From: a virus
Taxonomy: Duplodnaviria > Caudoviricetes
Direction: 5' to 3' (one strand)
IMG/VR virus record: IMGVR_UViG_3300025282_000041
Location: 1-56,023 of that record
Length of the DNA stretch: 56,023 nt
The notes under the pieces are model-generated. The model did no database searches. It was not told the origin of the DNA and saw only the letters and a program-made list of their open reading frames with translations. Position numbers and translations under genes: made by a program. Positions 1 to 12,800 of the stretch are shown here, piece after piece (within the stretch, counting starts at the first letter, position 1; every line of letters begins with the position of its first letter).

Positions 1-1
1 C

Positions 2-235
2 TACAATTCCCTCAATGTCACAGAACTGAAGGACCTATGCCGTGAGCGTGACCTTCTAGTATCAGGCAGCAAGCAGGAACTGATTGCCCGATTGAACGAA
101 TCCGATTCCCCCGAAGCCCCCGTCGATGAGACGGCTGTTGAGGAGGAAGAGGTAGTCCCTGAGGAATCAGCAACTATCGAAGAGGGTGAAGTAAGTGAGT
201 CAGGAGGAAAAGACGGTGGAGACACCGAAAAGTGA
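2..235 (+). CDS. SAP-domain protein, 5'-truncated by window edge
   Basis: Not in the ORF track because it has no start codon in the window. Frame 2 reads YNSLNVTELKDLCRERDLLVSGSKQELIARL, matching the SAP consensus LxVxELKxxCRxRGLxxSGxKxELIxRL, then an acidic tail to TGA at 233-235. Confidence 0.75.
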   Translation, partial: YNSLNVTELKDLCRERDLLVSGSKQELIARLNESDSPEAPVDETAVEEEEVVPEESATIEEGEVSESGGKDGGDTEK

Positions 236-605
236 AGGAAAGGAAGATGTCGTCGTGGATGCCAGTGTGTTGCTGGCCAATAGTGATGTGACAGAACACA
301 CCATCAGGGTCAATCCCGACGATGAGACGCAAGTAATGAAGGTGCGAGTGCGCAGTCTATCGTTTTTGGACATGCAAAACGCCATCAAGTCATTCGTGAA
401 CATCAACACGGATGGCGGTGTGGAGATAGACATTGCCGGCTATTGGCGGTACATGATTGAAAAGTGCATCGTCACCACTGACCCTCATCTGGGCAGGGGG
501 CAACTACTCGCCCTCAACCAATATGTCGGTTCCAAAATATCCGCGCTTTTGCCGCAGCCACAGGACCTGATGTCAGGCCCTTTAGTGGATGGGAGCAGCG
601 AGTAG
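195..605 (+). CDS. Tail assembly chaperone (lambda gpG-like)
   Basis: Small acidic ORF two genes upstream of the tape measure gene; ends in slippery heptamer C CCT TTA (578-584). Confidence 0.7.
   Translation: MSQEEKTVETPKSEGKEDVVVDASVLLANSDVTEHTIRVNPDDETQVMKVRVRSLSFLDMQNAIKSFVNINTDGGVEIDIAGYWRYMIEKCIVTTDPHLGRGQLLALNQYVGSKISALLPQPQDLMSGPLVDGSSE
578..584 (+). other. Programmed -1 ribosomal frameshift site (C CCT TTA)
   Basis: X XXY YYZ heptamer correctly phased in ORF 195..605. The -1 frame is open from 578 (PFSGWEQRVDDTYRFLKG...) to TGA at 874. Confidence 0.75.
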
Positions 606-874
606 ATGACACATACAGATTCTTGAAAGGCCAAAACAAAGACATAGGGTTGGCAATGGATGGGGTCATGTACTTTGTGGCAAAACACTACGGCTTGAGC
701 ATCCCTGAAGTTCAACAGATGACGCAGGAAGAGTTTGAACAGTCGTATGTCTGGGGCGTAGCCCAGACCATGATTCAACAGGATGAGATGGACAAGACCA
801 CCGCAGACATGAAAACCCAGTCTAACACAGCATCTGGCAAGGGGCCGGGGGAGCCGTTCCCGTTTGACAATTGA
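578..874 (+). CDS. Tail assembly chaperone frameshift extension (gpT-like)
   Basis: ORF 623..874 (TTG start only) is in the -1 frame of the upstream ORF and directly precedes the tape measure gene. Confidence 0.65.
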   Translation, partial: PFSGWEQRVDDTYRFLKGQNKDIGLAMDGVMYFVAKHYGLSIPEVQQMTQEEFEQSYVWGVAQTMIQQDEMDKTTADMKTQSNTASGKGPGEPFPFDN

Positions 875-885
875 GGTGGTGAGTC

Positions 886-2574
886 ATGGCAGATAATCCA
901 CTAAGCGCAAATGAACTTGCCAAGATGTCTTTAGGTCTCGACACAATAGGCATCAACCTCGGTGTAGTTGAAAGGGCCACCCTGAAATGGACTAAAGCAT
1001 TTCAGAATCTCCCTGTCGTTAAACAGGCAATCCAGTTCAGGCGATTTGGTGAAGGGCTGAAGCAAGCCACCGACAAAATCAAGGGAAACAACGAGGGTTT
1101 GGCAGACAGCGTGAAGAAGCATGGAGACCTGTCCACCACTATGACAACGATGGTTGCTGGGTTGATGAACTTTAATACTGTGTTGCAAAAGGCAGGTGGT
1201 TTGAGCAACCTATTGAAGGCCTCGTTGTCTGCAATGGGACCTATTATGCTGTTTATGTTCGGTATCATCGGTATATTGGTGATAGGCGTACTTGCTTTAA
1301 TAGCCGTGTTTGCAGACCTGAACAGTCCTTTGGTTCAGATGATGGATGACTGGCTCATAGTGGGTGAAGTGTTAAACGGGCTGCGCATCATCATAGTTGG
1401 TGAAGATGGAGAGAGTGGTGTTAAAGGTGCAATTGATGTTCTGATAACAGCACTAATACTAGGGGCATTTGCTTGGATGGTATTTGGTCTACCTGTAGCC
1501 ATCCTTGTTGCTACAATCGTTGCTGCTATTGGTATATTCAAGTGGGCGAAGGGTAAGACCGATAGTTGGATGGCTGGTCTCATTGCTGCAGGTGCTGTTG
1601 TTATGGTTGGTCTCAGCGTTTTTGCTACATTCGTCTCTACATTGGGTGGTATTCTCTCGGCGGCTGTTATGCTGCCAATCGCACTGATACTCGCAGGGAT
1701 TACTGGTATGTGGTTATCCCTCACAGGTGAACTCAGTTATTGGTGGGGTGTCATATCAGCCATAGGTACGGCTATAGGTGCTGTGTTGTTGGCTGCTGTT
1801 CTATTCACAGGAGTTGTTGTGTCATTACCTCTGATATTAATTGCAGCCGCTGCTGCTGCCATCATATTCACTATTATCTTTCACCGGGATAAAATCTTGG
1901 CCATCGGAGCATCAATCTTGGAAGCCCTTGTTGGTGCTTGGAATTGGCTTGATGACTTCTTCAATGGCATTAGAGAGGGTATAGTGAATGGGATTGTATC
2001 AATTGGTACTTCAATATCCAATGCTTGGAGTAACTTTTGGTCTGCCGTTGGTGATGGTTGGGATAGGCTATGGGGTTATGTCGGGAAAAAAATTGATTCA
2101 GTATTCACCAGAGGAAGGAACTTCCTTGCATCCGTCAGGGCTGGTTTCAGTGCTGCTAGGACTGCCATAACTGGCTTCATCAACAACATAATCAACGATG
2201 CGTTCATCAATCCAATCAATGCTGCCCTAAGCGTCATCAACTCCCTCAAGATTGACATACCCAAGTGGGCGCGAATTGGCCCATTGTCGGGTGTGTCTAG
2301 TCTGAACATGGGCATACCGCTCCTCACACCACTGGCTGAGGGTGGTATCGTCACCGGCCCGACACCTGCACTAATTGGCGAGCGTGGCCCTGAGGCGGTC
2401 ATCCCGCTCGACAAGGCAGGTGGGGTGGGCAACACATTCAACATCAATATCGATGTGAGTGGTATCGTCGCCACTTCTGACCAAGCCAAGCGTGAGTTCG
2501 CTGATGAAATTAGCAGGGCAATCATGCGAGATGTGTCTGACAAGATTGGTATGCCGACCTATGGGAGGTTCTAG
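886..2574 (+). CDS. Tail tape measure protein with multiple hydrophobic segments
   Basis: Helical Ala/Gly/Ile-rich protein with W/F periodicity and the typical C-terminal LAEGGIVTGPTPALIGERGPEAVIPL motif. RBS GAGGTGGTGA lies upstream; it follows the chaperone pair. Confidence 0.85.
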   Translation: MADNPLSANELAKMSLGLDTIGINLGVVERATLKWTKAFQNLPVVKQAIQFRRFGEGLKQATDKIKGNNEGLADSVKKHGDLSTTMTTMVAGLMNFNTVLQKAGGLSNLLKASLSAMGPIMLFMFGIIGILVIGVLALIAVFADLNSPLVQMMDDWLIVGEVLNGLRIIIVGEDGESGVKGAIDVLITALILGAFAWMVFGLPVAILVATIVAAIGIFKWAKGKTDSWMAGLIAAGAVVMVGLSVFATFVSTLGGILSAAVMLPIALILAGITGMWLSLTGELSYWWGVISAIGTAIGAVLLAAVLFTGVVVSLPLILIAAAAAAIIFTIIFHRDKILAIGASILEALVGAWNWLDDFFNGIREGIVNGIVSIGTSISNAWSNFWSAVGDGWDRLWGYVGKKIDSVFTRGRNFLASVRAGFSAARTAITGFINNIINDAFINPINAALSVINSLKIDIPKWARIGPLSGVSSLNMGIPLLTPLAEGGIVTGPTPALIGERGPEAVIPLDKAGGVGNTFNINIDVSGIVATSDQAKREFADEISRAIMRDVSDKIGMPTYGRF

Positions 2575-2576
2575 GT

Positions 2577-3851
2577 ATGGGAACACCAATCCGTCTGGTT
2601 CAGCGTGACAGCAAGTTGATTGAGTTGGATGCCGAGAACTTCAACTTCAAGATTGGGCGAGGTGTGGTTGGCATCCCAATCCCTGTCGTCGGTGAGCGAT
2701 TCGCCGCTGACATGAACATCGTCAAGGTCAGCATCACCATCGATGGGGTCATCAAGGACGATGACTGCACATCGGCTGCAGCAGGAGCGTCGGCAGCCCA
2801 GTCATTCATTGACTTCAGCCGACCCAACAAGCGTGACGCAGACCAATCTGAAATCTACTTCAGCGATGATGGTGGTGATGTCGCCATCGCGGACATCATA
2901 AACAAGCCGTTCTACCTGCGCTCGACACACCAACAGGCCCTTGGTGACGGTAGCCGTGTGACATTCAAGTTCGTGGATACTGGGGCTGGCAACACCTATG
3001 TTGGTGGCGTGGTTAGCATCGACCTAGACCTAACTACAAACACATATGCTGTAATTGGGCCTCCGGGTGGTACACACTCATCTCGTGCTCATTGGTTAGC
3101 CGACCAATTGAATACTGTGTTGAATGATGTAGTAAATCCTATTGGCATCGTCATAACTAGCGCAGGTCATTCTGCTCCTAGTTCTCAGTTTCTCGGAGAT
3201 GCGTTCACCGCATCATTGGCTACTGGTCGCATCGACACGCTGGGGTTGGCGTCAGTCGAAATCGCCCAAGACGAGAAGGGGAAGAACGGCAACACATCCA
3301 CCCCGTCGTTCTGGTCACTGGTGACAGACACCAGCGGACAGGAGAACCAAACGGCAGTCACACCACCATCGTTCTTGGAGTTCTTGGGTGGCATCGACAG
3401 CAACTGCCTGTCGGCAGGTGACAAGGTGCAGAACCTGATTGCGAATGTGGGCAACAGCAATGTCATGGGTGCGGTCGGTGAGATATTCCAAGTCGACACC
3501 AATGACGACAAGAAGAGCCTCTCGACCAACTTCAACAAATTGGACCCGACCACCGGGGCCAGTGATGACTACATCGTGGGCATCCAGATACCATACGAGT
3601 CATTGATTCAATCCAGTACGACTGACCAGTATGTTGCCCGCAACTTCCTGATGGTCACTGGTTTAAGCCCTGCTGCACACCAAGGAGCAGCAGCCAACAC
3701 GGAGGCTGTAGGAGTGGAGTTCGACTCACAGAATGTCTATACTGGCATCCGTGGCACAGTGAGTGGTTTTACAGCCAAGTATAAGGGCGGTGACACATTC
3801 TACTCATTCAACCTCACCTTTGACCCGATAGACATGATTGTGGGGTTGTAA
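2577..3851 (+). CDS. Putative distal tail (Dit-like) protein with inserted domain
   Basis: Directly after the tape measure gene; beta-rich N- and C-termini (GIRGTVSGFTAKY...YSFNLTF). Assignment is mainly positional. Confidence 0.45.
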   Translation: MGTPIRLVQRDSKLIELDAENFNFKIGRGVVGIPIPVVGERFAADMNIVKVSITIDGVIKDDDCTSAAAGASAAQSFIDFSRPNKRDADQSEIYFSDDGGDVAIADIINKPFYLRSTHQQALGDGSRVTFKFVDTGAGNTYVGGVVSIDLDLTTNTYAVIGPPGGTHSSRAHWLADQLNTVLNDVVNPIGIVITSAGHSAPSSQFLGDAFTASLATGRIDTLGLASVEIAQDEKGKNGNTSTPSFWSLVTDTSGQENQTAVTPPSFLEFLGGIDSNCLSAGDKVQNLIANVGNSNVMGAVGEIFQVDTNDDKKSLSTNFNKLDPTTGASDDYIVGIQIPYESLIQSSTTDQYVARNFLMVTGLSPAAHQGAAANTEAVGVEFDSQNVYTGIRGTVSGFTAKYKGGDTFYSFNLTFDPIDMIVGL

Positions 3852-3852
3852 A

Positions 3853-6800
3853 ATGACCCTCATCGGAAAGACATCTCATGCCCTGTTCTTCAATGGGGTC
3901 AGCGATGCTGTGGTCGTTCCCCAAGCCCTGTTCTCCAAGACGGGGATGAATGTCGGTGTCGGAGGCAAGTCATCCGTCACCACCACCGGCCACACACGCA
4001 TGACCGAGGGTGTGCAATCAGAACACACCACACTTGGTCGAATCACACAGTCATTCACCATCGAGGCATGGGTCATACCGGACTGTGGTGGTGTCATTGC
4101 CAGCAAGGAGGGTATGTTCGACCTGCGCATGGGTGAGGTTGGAACACCCGGTCCTGCCCAGTTCATGGTACAGGTGTTCAACGCCAACTTGGGCCAACAG
4201 ACAATCACGGTGTCATCTGCCTCACCATTCATCGCCGCCAGCGCACAGAACGGATGGGACGGCATCGTCTACCCTACACATGGCAATGACTCCCTGCAAG
4301 GCACCTTCAACCGTTTCAATGGCTCCAAGAATAATGAGTCTGCATTGAACCGCAACCACCGAGAACTGTACCACATCGTCGGTGTGTTCACTGGCGAACA
4401 GGTCAAGTTGTATGTGAACGGGGAGTTGGTGGCCAGCCAGAAGTTGCAACAGAAGATGCCGTTGAACCACAATGCCAACGACCTGTACATCGGTGGCAAG
4501 GGTGGTGAGTTTCGTGGCACCATCGAAGGTCTGCACATTCGTCGTGGGTTCAATGAAAGCGCGATTCGCCCTGCACCGATAATAGCATCTGGTGACACGA
4601 TTGCGTTGTGGCGCTTTGAGGAGCCGGTCGAGGTTCCGTCTTTGGAGTTGAACCTCAATGTGGCAGCGACGGCATCGACCAGCGCGTCTGGTAGTACACT
4701 CACCATCAACAATGCTCAGGGGAAGTTGTTGGTTGAGTATCTGACTGGGCAAACACCTACCGAGGACACCATAGTTGCACTAGATGGTGCGCCCTACACC
4801 AATGGCAAGTATCAGGTATCCACAGCGGGAGCCATTCAAGCGCCCGACCACTTGCCAATCAACCTCCTCATCAACCCTACCGGCGTGGATGAAAAGACAG
4901 GAGTGGCATATCAGACCAGCCCACCGGAGCGGGTGCGCCTCAAGACCGTCACATGGGACTCAGATGGCACCACCAACACCACACTGCAGGTCTACAGCAT
5001 TCATCTTGACTTCAGCAACAGCACCACCACTGGTCTGCGCGGCCTCCTCCATGCCCATGCCGCATTCGACGCCACCAACCAGAAGGCACTGGGTTCCATG
5101 ATGGTTGTCATCAACTCGGACCTGTTGGTGGATTCTGGCACCGGCAAACCACTACGACCCCCCGGCTATGGTACACAGGCAATCGACCGCACCGGGCAGA
5201 TGGTGATTGACGAGGTTGGTGCCAATCATGGGTTCATGTTCAACCAACAGTTGGCCACAAACACCACCACCAACCCATACGCGTTCAACTGGGGCGCTTC
5301 TGCGATACCTGACGGGTTCCAAGCGGGTCACACTGGTCGCCACCTGTATTCACATGTGACGGGTCATCCGTTCCTGCGCCATCTCCCACCGGCTGAAGAG
5401 GAGGTGGTGGTGCAACGCATCGACGGTGACAATGACAGGTTCTCAGCATCGTTCGATGGTGCGGCAACGGGTCTCAAGGACCAACTGCCGATTGGTAGCA
5501 TCGTTGACATCCATAGACAGGGCTACATGGGCAAAACGATGACCGTCGAATCATCTTCGACAATCACGGCCATGACCAGTGGTGGTGCGGCTGTTGAAAA
5601 TGGCATGGTTGGTGTAGATTCAACACAGCGCAACCTGATTGCCATTGGTGGTGCTGGGTTCAACCCCACACCGTTCTTGCTGAAGGGCCATGCGTTGTTG
5701 GATGAGAACATATCCAATGCCACCTATGACCTACACCTGACACCGGAAGATGAACCTCGTGTCGCCATCCTTGAGGTTCCGGGCCTATCTGCAAACAACA
5801 TAGCGCCCTATGTCGAGATTCACTACAATGCCATAGACCTCAAGGGGTCCACCATCCAATATGCTGCGTCTGGTATAGCCACTACAGGATGGGATAATGT
5901 CAACCACAGAGCGACTCTAGCGACAAATGCAGTCAAGGCATTCGGAGCGCACAACGACACCTTCGATGGCTACTATCTGACCTGTGGTGGGGAACGAGCA
6001 TATGGTAGCACTGGAACAGTTACTTTCACCGTCAATCACACCAACAACCGTCTTGACGCAACTGGAGGTGGAGCCAGTGTCCTTGCTGCATTTGAAGCAC
6101 AGGTCAATGCTGCTGGTGCGCTCATCCAACTGGAACTGCGTGGCCCTGCCCTGTGTGTCACCAAGACCATTCCAGATGCCGCCACCATCATCACAGGAAC
6201 AACCCAAGTTGCAGACCTGATTCAGACTGCGATTACGGCTGGTACGACTATCCATGCGCCGGGTGGGATGATTCGCATTGATGACAAGGACATCGGGACA
6301 GGGAGCGTGACGATGGATGACCACCGACTGGTTGGTGACAACACAGGTGGGACAACATTTGAGATTGAGTTGGACAAGTCAATGATACCGTCCAATCATA
6401 TGCCGAATGCATCTACTGATAGCCCACAATTGCCACCACAGGGGGTTGTTGCATCTCATGTCGCGACCACTACACACCCCTCTACATATCACAAACTCAT
6501 TGTCCGGCCATTGCAAAGCGGGGCATCGGCAAAGGCACGATTTGACCCACCAGTGACGACTGCCCCAAATCAGTTCATCCTATCTCCACTAGTAGAGGCA
6601 TCAAGCAATGCTAATGGCGCATTCGACACACCTGCAAGCAATCACCGAACTCATCTTCACGAGTCGTATGACATCATTGACAACTGGGTTGAAGGGAAGA
6701 GTCGGGTGTTTGTCGTTCAACCAACAATCCGAAGCAGAACCATGCAACTGAGCAAGTTTGTCGGTTCAGAGACCAATTTCACTGACACGAACTTCGTATC

Positions 6801-9800
6801 CATTGAGTACCTGCTTATGCGTGGTCGTATCAAGTCGTTCCAAGATGTTCGTACCACCAAGCGTAGCCTGTTGGTGCGTGGTATCGGTTTGATGGATGAT
6901 GTGAAGGGTGTTCAAGCATCGTTCACCGGAGACGCATCTCCTGATTCACACCCTGTCAAGGAGATATCTCCGGGTGGCCCTGTGGTGGCTGTGTCACTGG
7001 GTGGGCCGGGGCAAGGAGCAATCAACACCAAGCCCACCTATGACCCATCCCCAATCGCCCGCATTGGATGGAACACACGCCGTCCATGCGGTGCCACCAT
7101 ATCGGCTGTAGATGTAGGCTCCGTACCCAAGACCATATATGTTCAACCAATGAACAACAACTCTGAATCACTAGCCACATGGGGTCACATTTGCTTTCCA
7201 CCCGGTAGTGGTTCCGGGGGTACGGGCATTGCTCGTATTCACCTTGCCAATGGTGCATCTGCGGCCTACTATGACATCATTGGGAGGAACTTTGCGTTTG
7301 ACACTACAGATACGAACATGGTAGGTTGGTTCATCAATGCAGATGGGACTACAGAATCCACCTTTGCAAATTGGGTTGCAATCAATACTGCAGTAAATGG
7401 CAAGAACATCTATGTGGACCCATACATTGGTGATGACACAGTTTGTGAAGATGGCACAACCATCCAAGACAGGTTGTTTCAGAAGTTGGGTAGTGTCACT
7501 CATGACTACCAACTCGGCACACAGTATGCATCTACAAGAGCACTGGTTGAGATTCCACTGTTCCCATACCACTTCTTTGAGGACCGTGACAAAGGGATAT
7601 TCCCCGGCCCGGACAACTCGATGCGGATTAACCTCGATGCTACCCTAACCGCACAGAACTGGTGTCCTAACCCTGTAGGTCGTCGCCCATGTGGTGGGGG
7701 TATTGCTGGGACTGACACAACTGTAGTAGGGCCGTATGGCTATCAATTCACACAGGAACTGGTGACAAAGGGGACTATTGCTACTTCAACAATATCGAAG
7801 CAAAGTGGTCATGGTAATCAACCTCGGTTGTTTGTCGACAACATTGACATATTCCCCGATGCCAACGACTGGGATGATGAAATATCAATCAATCGGCGTG
7901 GCGGGGGAACCATAACTGCGAACAAGGTGTTCCTTGAGAATGGTGAGTGGGCATACTATTGTGGTAAGGCATCAAACTATCTCATCCTATTGGATAATGA
8001 CACAGGTGAGAGCAATGCGAGGTCAGGGCAATTCTTTGAAAGCCTAGAGGTAGGAATGCGAGTCAGCCCTACGATGCAGACATTTGATGACAATGTTGTG
8101 TCCATTGCTGATGACAACCGTTATTCTGTCTCAGAGGCACAAGAGTTCCGTTCTCCATACTACCACGACATGGCAAATGTGCAGACACAGGGAGGCAATG
8201 TCGATTATGGGTTGAAACAATATGTGAGTGCGGTCGAGTTCAAGGACGGGCCGCGTGAGAATCCACACCTACCAAAGTTGCAACCGGGTAGATGGAGTGG
8301 GAATGTTAAACACTATGGTCACGCTGGTGGAGTGTCAACCATCTTGGTGAGCGATGACGAGTTGTTCCCTGAGATAGGAGCGATGCTACGGTATGGTGCC
8401 AAGACGATATTCGATTGGAAGGTGCTAAACCTGCGTACTGGTGCATACCTCGCTATCAACTACACTACGACATTTGCAGTTGGAGGTTCAAGTGCAAACC
8501 CATTAGGGTCCGCATCAGGTTTCGCCGCGCAGACATGGCATCCAAGAGGATTTCACAAGATTCTGACGGTCAAGAATTGGACATCATATGCGGCAGCAGT
8601 GGTTCCTGCTGACATAAAGGAAGGTGATGACCTACTATTGGTGTCATTGGAAGTGAACCCCAACAATGGTCCTGTATCACCCGGAGCATATGCAGACACT
8701 TTTCCGAAGGTCATTGATGACGCCGTCCTGAACGCATCATGGTTGTTCCCATACGCTTCTGGTGGTCTACGCAGTGGTGACACCGTTTGGATGAACATGC
8801 ACTACACCAACCCCCATGCGACTGAGGGAATGTTCTGCAAGAGCCGTGGGGTTCTTGATGAGGGTAAGGTCTGGAATGGGTTCAATGGTGGGTCAGGTCT
8901 GATGACCACTCGTTCAAGGTCTAGCACACCTCTGGAGAACTTCCTCATTGGCAACACCTGTCGTGAAACGGCTGAGAACTTTGCCCAACATGTGAACAAG
9001 ACCATCGAGTTGAACCTGAAGAACATGAGTCACCCCTCCGTTGGTCGCATCGTGGCATTCGTGGACCCATACCTGTCGAAGGACACCCATGCTAGGGTGT
9101 TGCTGTATGATGTGAAAGGTGACCGTGAGTTAGTTGCGTTCAACGACTTGCATATGCAGGTTCAGTCATCTCCAGATGCAATCAAGATTGACAACTTGGA
9201 TGTGGCGTATGGGTTCACATCACAACAGTTGGGTAAGGATAGTAGTAAGGCGTACACCACTAGTGATGGTGGTGGTATAGATAGCCATGCAAGCACTGGA
9301 TACCTTTTGAGTCCAAAGGTTCGTGGTCCGACTGGAACATCGACATTCATCGAAGGGGCATATGCCCACATCGACCAAGTAGTGTTGAATGTTGACCGGA
9401 ACGACAACACTGATACTTCTAGCAATGCATTGATGAAGTGGGAATTGACCAATCTCTTCAAGCGAAACTATGAGCAAGGGCCAACACGGATGCCGTCGAC
9501 TTGTAGTAATGGTAGGATGCCATTACGAACACAAGATGCTGCTTGTTGTCTAAGTGAGGCACAGAATTATCATGGACAAGGGCTGCAGGATGAGACTGAG
9601 GCAGGTGCGTTTTGGACTCCTGCTCATGCACACGCAGCAACAGCAGTGCGATTCAACTCCATCACATTCGACACACCAAATGGAACAAGGGCGATACCGG
9701 CCTTCCTCTGTCTCAAGGGGATTCGTGCCGTCGATTCGACCACGACAGACGCAGACCTATCAAACCTGCCCCATTGGAAGCAGATGGACTTCGTGCGCCG

Positions 9801-12800
9801 TCTTTCCATTGACCTTGGTGAGATTGGATTGAAGGAGGGTGTCACGAACATTGAATCTGCAGCAAGGGAGATAGTGCGATACATCAACCAAGCGGGAGCA
9901 AAGCAGGGCCGTTCCAACATTCGACGCCCACCAGACCAGTATCCCGGCAAGTCCCTTGATGGCGACCCAGCGTTCGCCCATATCGCTGCAGACTACGCTG
10001 TGACAGGCTCCACACATGACCCTGCATCATTCTGGGATGACGAGGCATTCTCCTCCTATGACCGAGGTAGCCACATGGGATACCTACGAGCACATATCGG
10101 ACGGGTAATCGAGGATACTGATGGAGTAGAGGGATTCACGGTCGTCATCCACAGCACCATACCCGGTGCCACAGGACGCAACTTCTGTGCGTGGCTGGAC
10201 AACAGTCGCGGCCAAGCGCCATACAAGCCTCAGTTCCTCGTTGGGCATGGCGGGCGATTCCGCAACTTCTACTGTCAGCCTGATGAGAAGTGGGGAGAGT
10301 GTATGCATCCGGCACCCATGCCAATTGACAAGAACGGTAAGCCGTTTGCGCCGATTACGACCCTGCATGAAATGACACTATCGAGTGAACCATCCACTCA
10401 TGTGGATGACACTCAGAATCGCTCACCGACTGTACAAGAATCATTTGTAGCAACAGAAGGGACCGCAACAGTGACAAACATCAGTGGGAACATAGGGGCT
10501 GGGTCTGCATCAAACACGGTTGGTAGTGAAACGAACCTACACAATGAAGCCCATATCATTCAAGGTTTGAGAGTCGGAACACAGGCCCACGCACAGATTA
10601 ACTGTGGTGGGTTGGTGGCCAGTGGCATTCCCGGTTGGTCGCCAGACTTGGGAACATGGGGCTTTGGTGATGGTGAAAACAGTCGTGCGCACTCCATCTA
10701 CAGCAGTAATGGGCCATCTGCATACACTACTCATGTACCAAGTGGTGATATGATAGATGTGGGCGACAGTCAGATGTATGCATTCCAATTCACTGACCAC
10801 CTCAAACGCAACCACAACATTCGCATGGTCTACAAGCAGTATGGAAAGGTGTTCTCATCCATCAACACGAAACTACCATCATCACTGGAGAATGAGGTCG
10901 TCATCTGGTTTGATGACCGCAATGTGGGTGATGGTGGGTTCACCATCGGGAAGCACATGAAGGGTATTGGAGATGCAGCCAATCGAATTAAGACAGGACA
11001 TGATTGGAAAACTGGTGTTGCCCTATCGACCATCGGAAACCAGAACTACTGTGGTAATCGTTGGAATGGTGTACCTGCCCACGAGGGTGCATACGCTGTC
11101 ACAGTTGTCAAGCCAGCAGCAGGTGCTACTACTCTGAGGCTGCAAAGTGGGGCTGGAACTGTTGGTTCATTCGGTCGTGACAATGCAGGGATATGGCATG
11201 ACCTACCCGATGGGACCGTTGATGTTCTCGGTTATCTTGGTTTTCCAAAGGAGAACGGGGTCATGCAAGTATCCGTACCCAAGACCGGGACACTAAAAGA
11301 GATGGGTAATTCAGGATACTTCGTGTCATACACTCATCGAACAACTGCTGGAAAGGCAGGGCCTCATTCATTCTTTGGTTGTGAGGGTTTGGACACCACT
11401 GGGCTTAAGGACTTCGCTGCTGGTGTAATCGGCCCAACCCAATATACTGATGCTCAAGCACCTGTATGCATATCTCCTACACCCAACTGGACGACACTGG
11501 TGACTGACGAACTGATTGCGGCTGCTGTCGAGTATGCCCTCACTATGGGTGACCCCAACAGTGATGAGGTGGGTGCCACATCCTTTGATTGTACGGAGAT
11601 GTACACTGGAGATGGTCGCACATTCGGTGAGTGGGGAGTGAGTTCGACTGCCATCCGTGTGAAGGCGTATTCCAACACGACAGAAGTGATTGCCCCACGC
11701 CATCTCTTTGAGGTGAATCGGCAACCAGATTGGGGGATATTGGATGCTCATGTTCATGAGACTCAGGTCAGCACCACAATATCTGGTACTGCATACTTGA
11801 GTCCCATAGGTGCATTGGCAACATCAGCATCCACGCGAGGCCTTCTCAACAGCGTCATTGATGCTGGTCAGCAATTGTCATGTGGGTACATTCCCAAGAC
11901 AGTTCTGCACATCACCACTCGGTATCGGGGAACGAATGCGAACACAGCCACACCTGTGATTATCGACAGTGACAACAACCCCATCAACACCGACATCTGG
12001 AAGCAGAACCTCCGAGGTGAACGATACACCTACTGGCCGGGTGACCACATCCTCCCACGCGCCGAAAATCCTGCCACCATAGTGGATGGCAACACGGCTG
12101 CATCCACATGGACAATAACATTGACTGACAGTGCGACATACGGTGTCCATCAAGCATTTCACTTTGCACCTGTGGGTAGGGCAAAGGCCGAAGATGTCAA
12201 CACGATTAGTCCTGCAGGTTCCACTCATGTCCCGTTCTATACTACACCAAACCTAGGGGAGGATGCATCGTATTCAGAGCGATACACCGTATGGTTCAGT
12301 GACCGTGAGTGGTGTAGTGTGGAGGCGTATGCCCTTGATGTAGGACCAGTGACAGATGATTATGGTGCTCGTCACAAGCATGTGTTCAACCGAGACATCT
12401 TTGCCGGAGCAGGAGTACTTACCGCTGCCAGACAGAACTCCGAGAGTGAAGATTTCGATAGTCTAGTCGATGCCGCTATTGGGCAGGACATGTGTGTACT
12501 AGCGCTGTGGGGCAACAGGCCGTTGCTTGATGGTATGCGTACCACCGGCTCCAACAAACAGGCAGAACCGTATGTCTACTTCCGAGGTGCGAGAGACAGC
12601 CCAGACCATAGTGTGCCACTCTACTTCGGTGGCGGCTTCAGCGGGGCCGTAATGGACATCAATGATGGCACACAGAATGACTACACGGACTTCTACACCC
12701 ATCCGTATTCATCCGGCCCCACAGGTTGTGCGGGCATCCAAAACGCCAACGAACTGATGGGGTCACACTGCATACTCGACACCACAGCCATGCTCGCCAT

